From a virus (Duplodnaviria > Heunggongvirae > Uroviricota > Caudoviricetes): a DNA stretch of 64,000 nt. Below are positions 62,217 through 64,000 of the stretch, piece after piece (position 1 is the first letter of the stretch; every line of letters starts with the position of its first letter). Location of the stretch: positions 96,001 through 160,000 of IMG/VR virus record IMGVR_UViG_3300031992_004563. The stretch is one strand, 5' to 3'. Position numbers and translations under genes: made by a program. The notes beneath the pieces are model-generated. The model saw nothing but the letters and a program-made list of their open reading frames with translations. It was not told the DNA's origin and ran no database searches.

Positions 62217-63041
62217 ATGTTGAGATATTTAAGATATTTTATACCGGATGGCATAGATGAAAAGGGAAAATTCTGGTATGGTGTCGGTAGTGAAAACTAT
62301 GACAAATATTATACTTTTTCAGAATGGTTAAAGGCTGTAAGTGCTTCATCATATCATCATGGAGATATGATAGTAGACAAACCATTATTTAAATTATGGC
62401 GCAGTTGGACATTTAATATAACATATGATATTTGTGGTTATTTCAGTCCATATCCAGAAATAAACATTTCAATGTTTGGATTTCATTTTTGCTTTGTTCT
62501 CCCATTTAGAAATAATTGGACAGATGAATGTGATCCTCCTAGATATGGAATAGCAGTTCATAGTGATACATTTTGGATTTATTTAGGTGGCAAAGGCAAT
62601 ATGGGAGGTGGAACCAAATGGTGGACTTGGAGTATCCCATTTTTTACAAAAATTCATGTAAGACATGATGTTGAATGTAATATTGATGGAGAAATAAAGA
62701 TGATTCCATATAAAAATCTTGAAAGCCGTGGTAAAGATTATATTCCTCTTAAAGAAAATAAATTAGTTAATGTTCATACTTATGATTATACCGATATGTA
62801 TGACGGAGAAGTTATTCCATGCAAATATTGGGTAGAAGAAAGAGAATGGCGACCAAAATGGCTGACATGGACGGGGTTTTTTAAAGATGTTAGAAAATAC
62901 ATTGAAATTGAATTTGACAAAGAAGTCGGTAAAAGGAAAGGTTCTTGGAAAGGTGGTTGTATTGGATGTAGTTATGATTTGAAACCAGGCGAAACACCTG
63001 AAGAATGTTTAAAACGAATGGAAAAAGAAAGAAAATTTTAA
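62217..63041 (+). CDS. Trp-rich hypothetical protein
   Basis: EEREWRPKW...F..EVG.RKGSWKGG..GC...ETP..CL.RME. Confidence 0.8.
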   Translation: MLRYLRYFIPDGIDEKGKFWYGVGSENYDKYYTFSEWLKAVSASSYHHGDMIVDKPLFKLWRSWTFNITYDICGYFSPYPEINISMFGFHFCFVLPFRNNWTDECDPPRYGIAVHSDTFWIYLGGKGNMGGGTKWWTWSIPFFTKIHVRHDVECNIDGEIKMIPYKNLESRGKDYIPLKENKLVNVHTYDYTDMYDGEVIPCKYWVEEREWRPKWLTWTGFFKDVRKYIEIEFDKEVGKRKGSWKGGCIGCSYDLKPGETPEECLKRMEKERKF

Positions 63042-63052
63042 TAATTAATAAT

Positions 63053-63568
63053 ATGAAAGAACAAGATTATATAAAAGCATTTCAATTAACGCTTGATGAA
63101 ATTATTGAAAGCAAATTTGATATGTCTATTGATTGGACAGCACGGTATAAAGAATGTATTGAAAAGGCCGTAGATATAAGATTTAAAGAGTTTATAAAAA
63201 CATTCACAATAAACAAAATAATGAGTAGCATTGTAATAACAATTCCCAAGAGGATTAAATGGGAAGATTATGAAAAAGAACTAAAACAAGTTGAAGATGA
63301 AAGTTATGAAATGAACTATCGTCTTCCAACATTGCCTAAAGATGTACATATAGGTGATAGATGTTATATTTGTCATGATGGGTTTATTAAGGGATGGATG
63401 AAGATATCACATATAGGTGAAAGAAATGGATTTAATTGCACCACTACCGGTAAAGCCTGGAGTGATGGATATTATGTATCCAGAACAGGAAAGTTCCATT
63501 ATTTAAAAACAGAAATTCCAATGAAAGGCTTCATGGGATATAGAAAATTAGAAAAAGATTATGAATAA
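63053..63568 (+). CDS. hypothetical protein, possible PUA/ASCH-like C-terminal domain
   Basis: GDRCYICHDGFIKGW...PMKGFMGYR. Confidence 0.6.
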   Translation: MKEQDYIKAFQLTLDEIIESKFDMSIDWTARYKECIEKAVDIRFKEFIKTFTINKIMSSIVITIPKRIKWEDYEKELKQVEDESYEMNYRLPTLPKDVHIGDRCYICHDGFIKGWMKISHIGERNGFNCTTTGKAWSDGYYVSRTGKFHYLKTEIPMKGFMGYRKLEKDYE

Positions 63569-63974
63569 AGAAGAGAATATTGTTTATATCCAATTAGATA
63601 ATTGGTATGATATGGGAGAAGCAACCCAATATCTTGAAGAGTTAGAAAATGGTGAGCATGATGGTGAGATAAATTACACAGATGTTTGGTATGATATGGC
63701 AATTATACATTGCATAACTACAACTAAAGATTATGTGAAAGAACACCCTGAGCTTGAAAAACACATTGAAAATCTTGAGTATCATGATACATTTGCGAGT
63801 TATTATCCTAAATATGATCCAAATAATTTTGGGTGTAATTGGTATGGTGAGTATCAAGGCTGGGCCCCATATAAAGAGTTTAATAAACAATTATGGGATC
63901 ATCTTAAAGCAACAGGTCAAATTGATGAAAATGGAAAAATAATAACAAATACACCAGAAAATAAAAAGAATTAA
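63561..63974 (+). CDS. hypothetical protein
   Basis: 137-aa ORF. Confidence 0.7.
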   Translation: MNKEENIVYIQLDNWYDMGEATQYLEELENGEHDGEINYTDVWYDMAIIHCITTTKDYVKEHPELEKHIENLEYHDTFASYYPKYDPNNFGCNWYGEYQGWAPYKEFNKQLWDHLKATGQIDENGKIITNTPENKKN

Positions 63975-64000
63975 TATGAACACATTTCAAATTGTAGGTT

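Noticed and set aside
1-64000. Suppressor tRNA(CUA), other tRNAs or release factor genes
   Set aside because: No cloverleaf or GTTCGA-type T-arm was found by eye in the intergenic gaps, which are short and AT-rich. A tRNAscan-SE run would be needed to exclude them formally.

Overview
This window is a segment of a very AT-rich, densely coding jumbo phage genome. It most resembles the Lak megaphages of Prevotella/Bacteroidales (inference from the Bacteroidales-type ClpP, TAnnTTTG promoters, SD-less starts and T4-like head/tail genes). It uses a reassigned code in which TAG encodes Gln (code 15). The supplied ORF track fragments about 20 genes at TAG codons, and reading through them gives intact genes that abut or overlap at TAA/TGA stops. 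TAG is concentrated in late/virion transcription units and is absent from most long early genes. Contents: a complete DnaK/DnaJ/GrpE plus ClpX/ClpP set; T4 gp3- and gp4-like genes; a ~1600-aa structural protein; a tail-collar fibre; RNA-repair enzymes; TelA; a recoded IS607-derived HTH plus TnpB element; and a 12-member hypervariable paralog array. The most novel-looking feature is a family of eight late genes sharing a ~45-aa module (MKxxKQILEAVNRGIQLALDD...DII). The module is fused to swappable cargo: a DUF1566/Fib_succ-like lectin fold, DUF285 repeats, or a nucleotidyltransferase plus lectin fold. One member carries a DGR-type variable region whose RT and template are not in this window. 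No tRNA, rRNA or CRISPR array was seen. All translations and motif matches were done by eye, with no database search.
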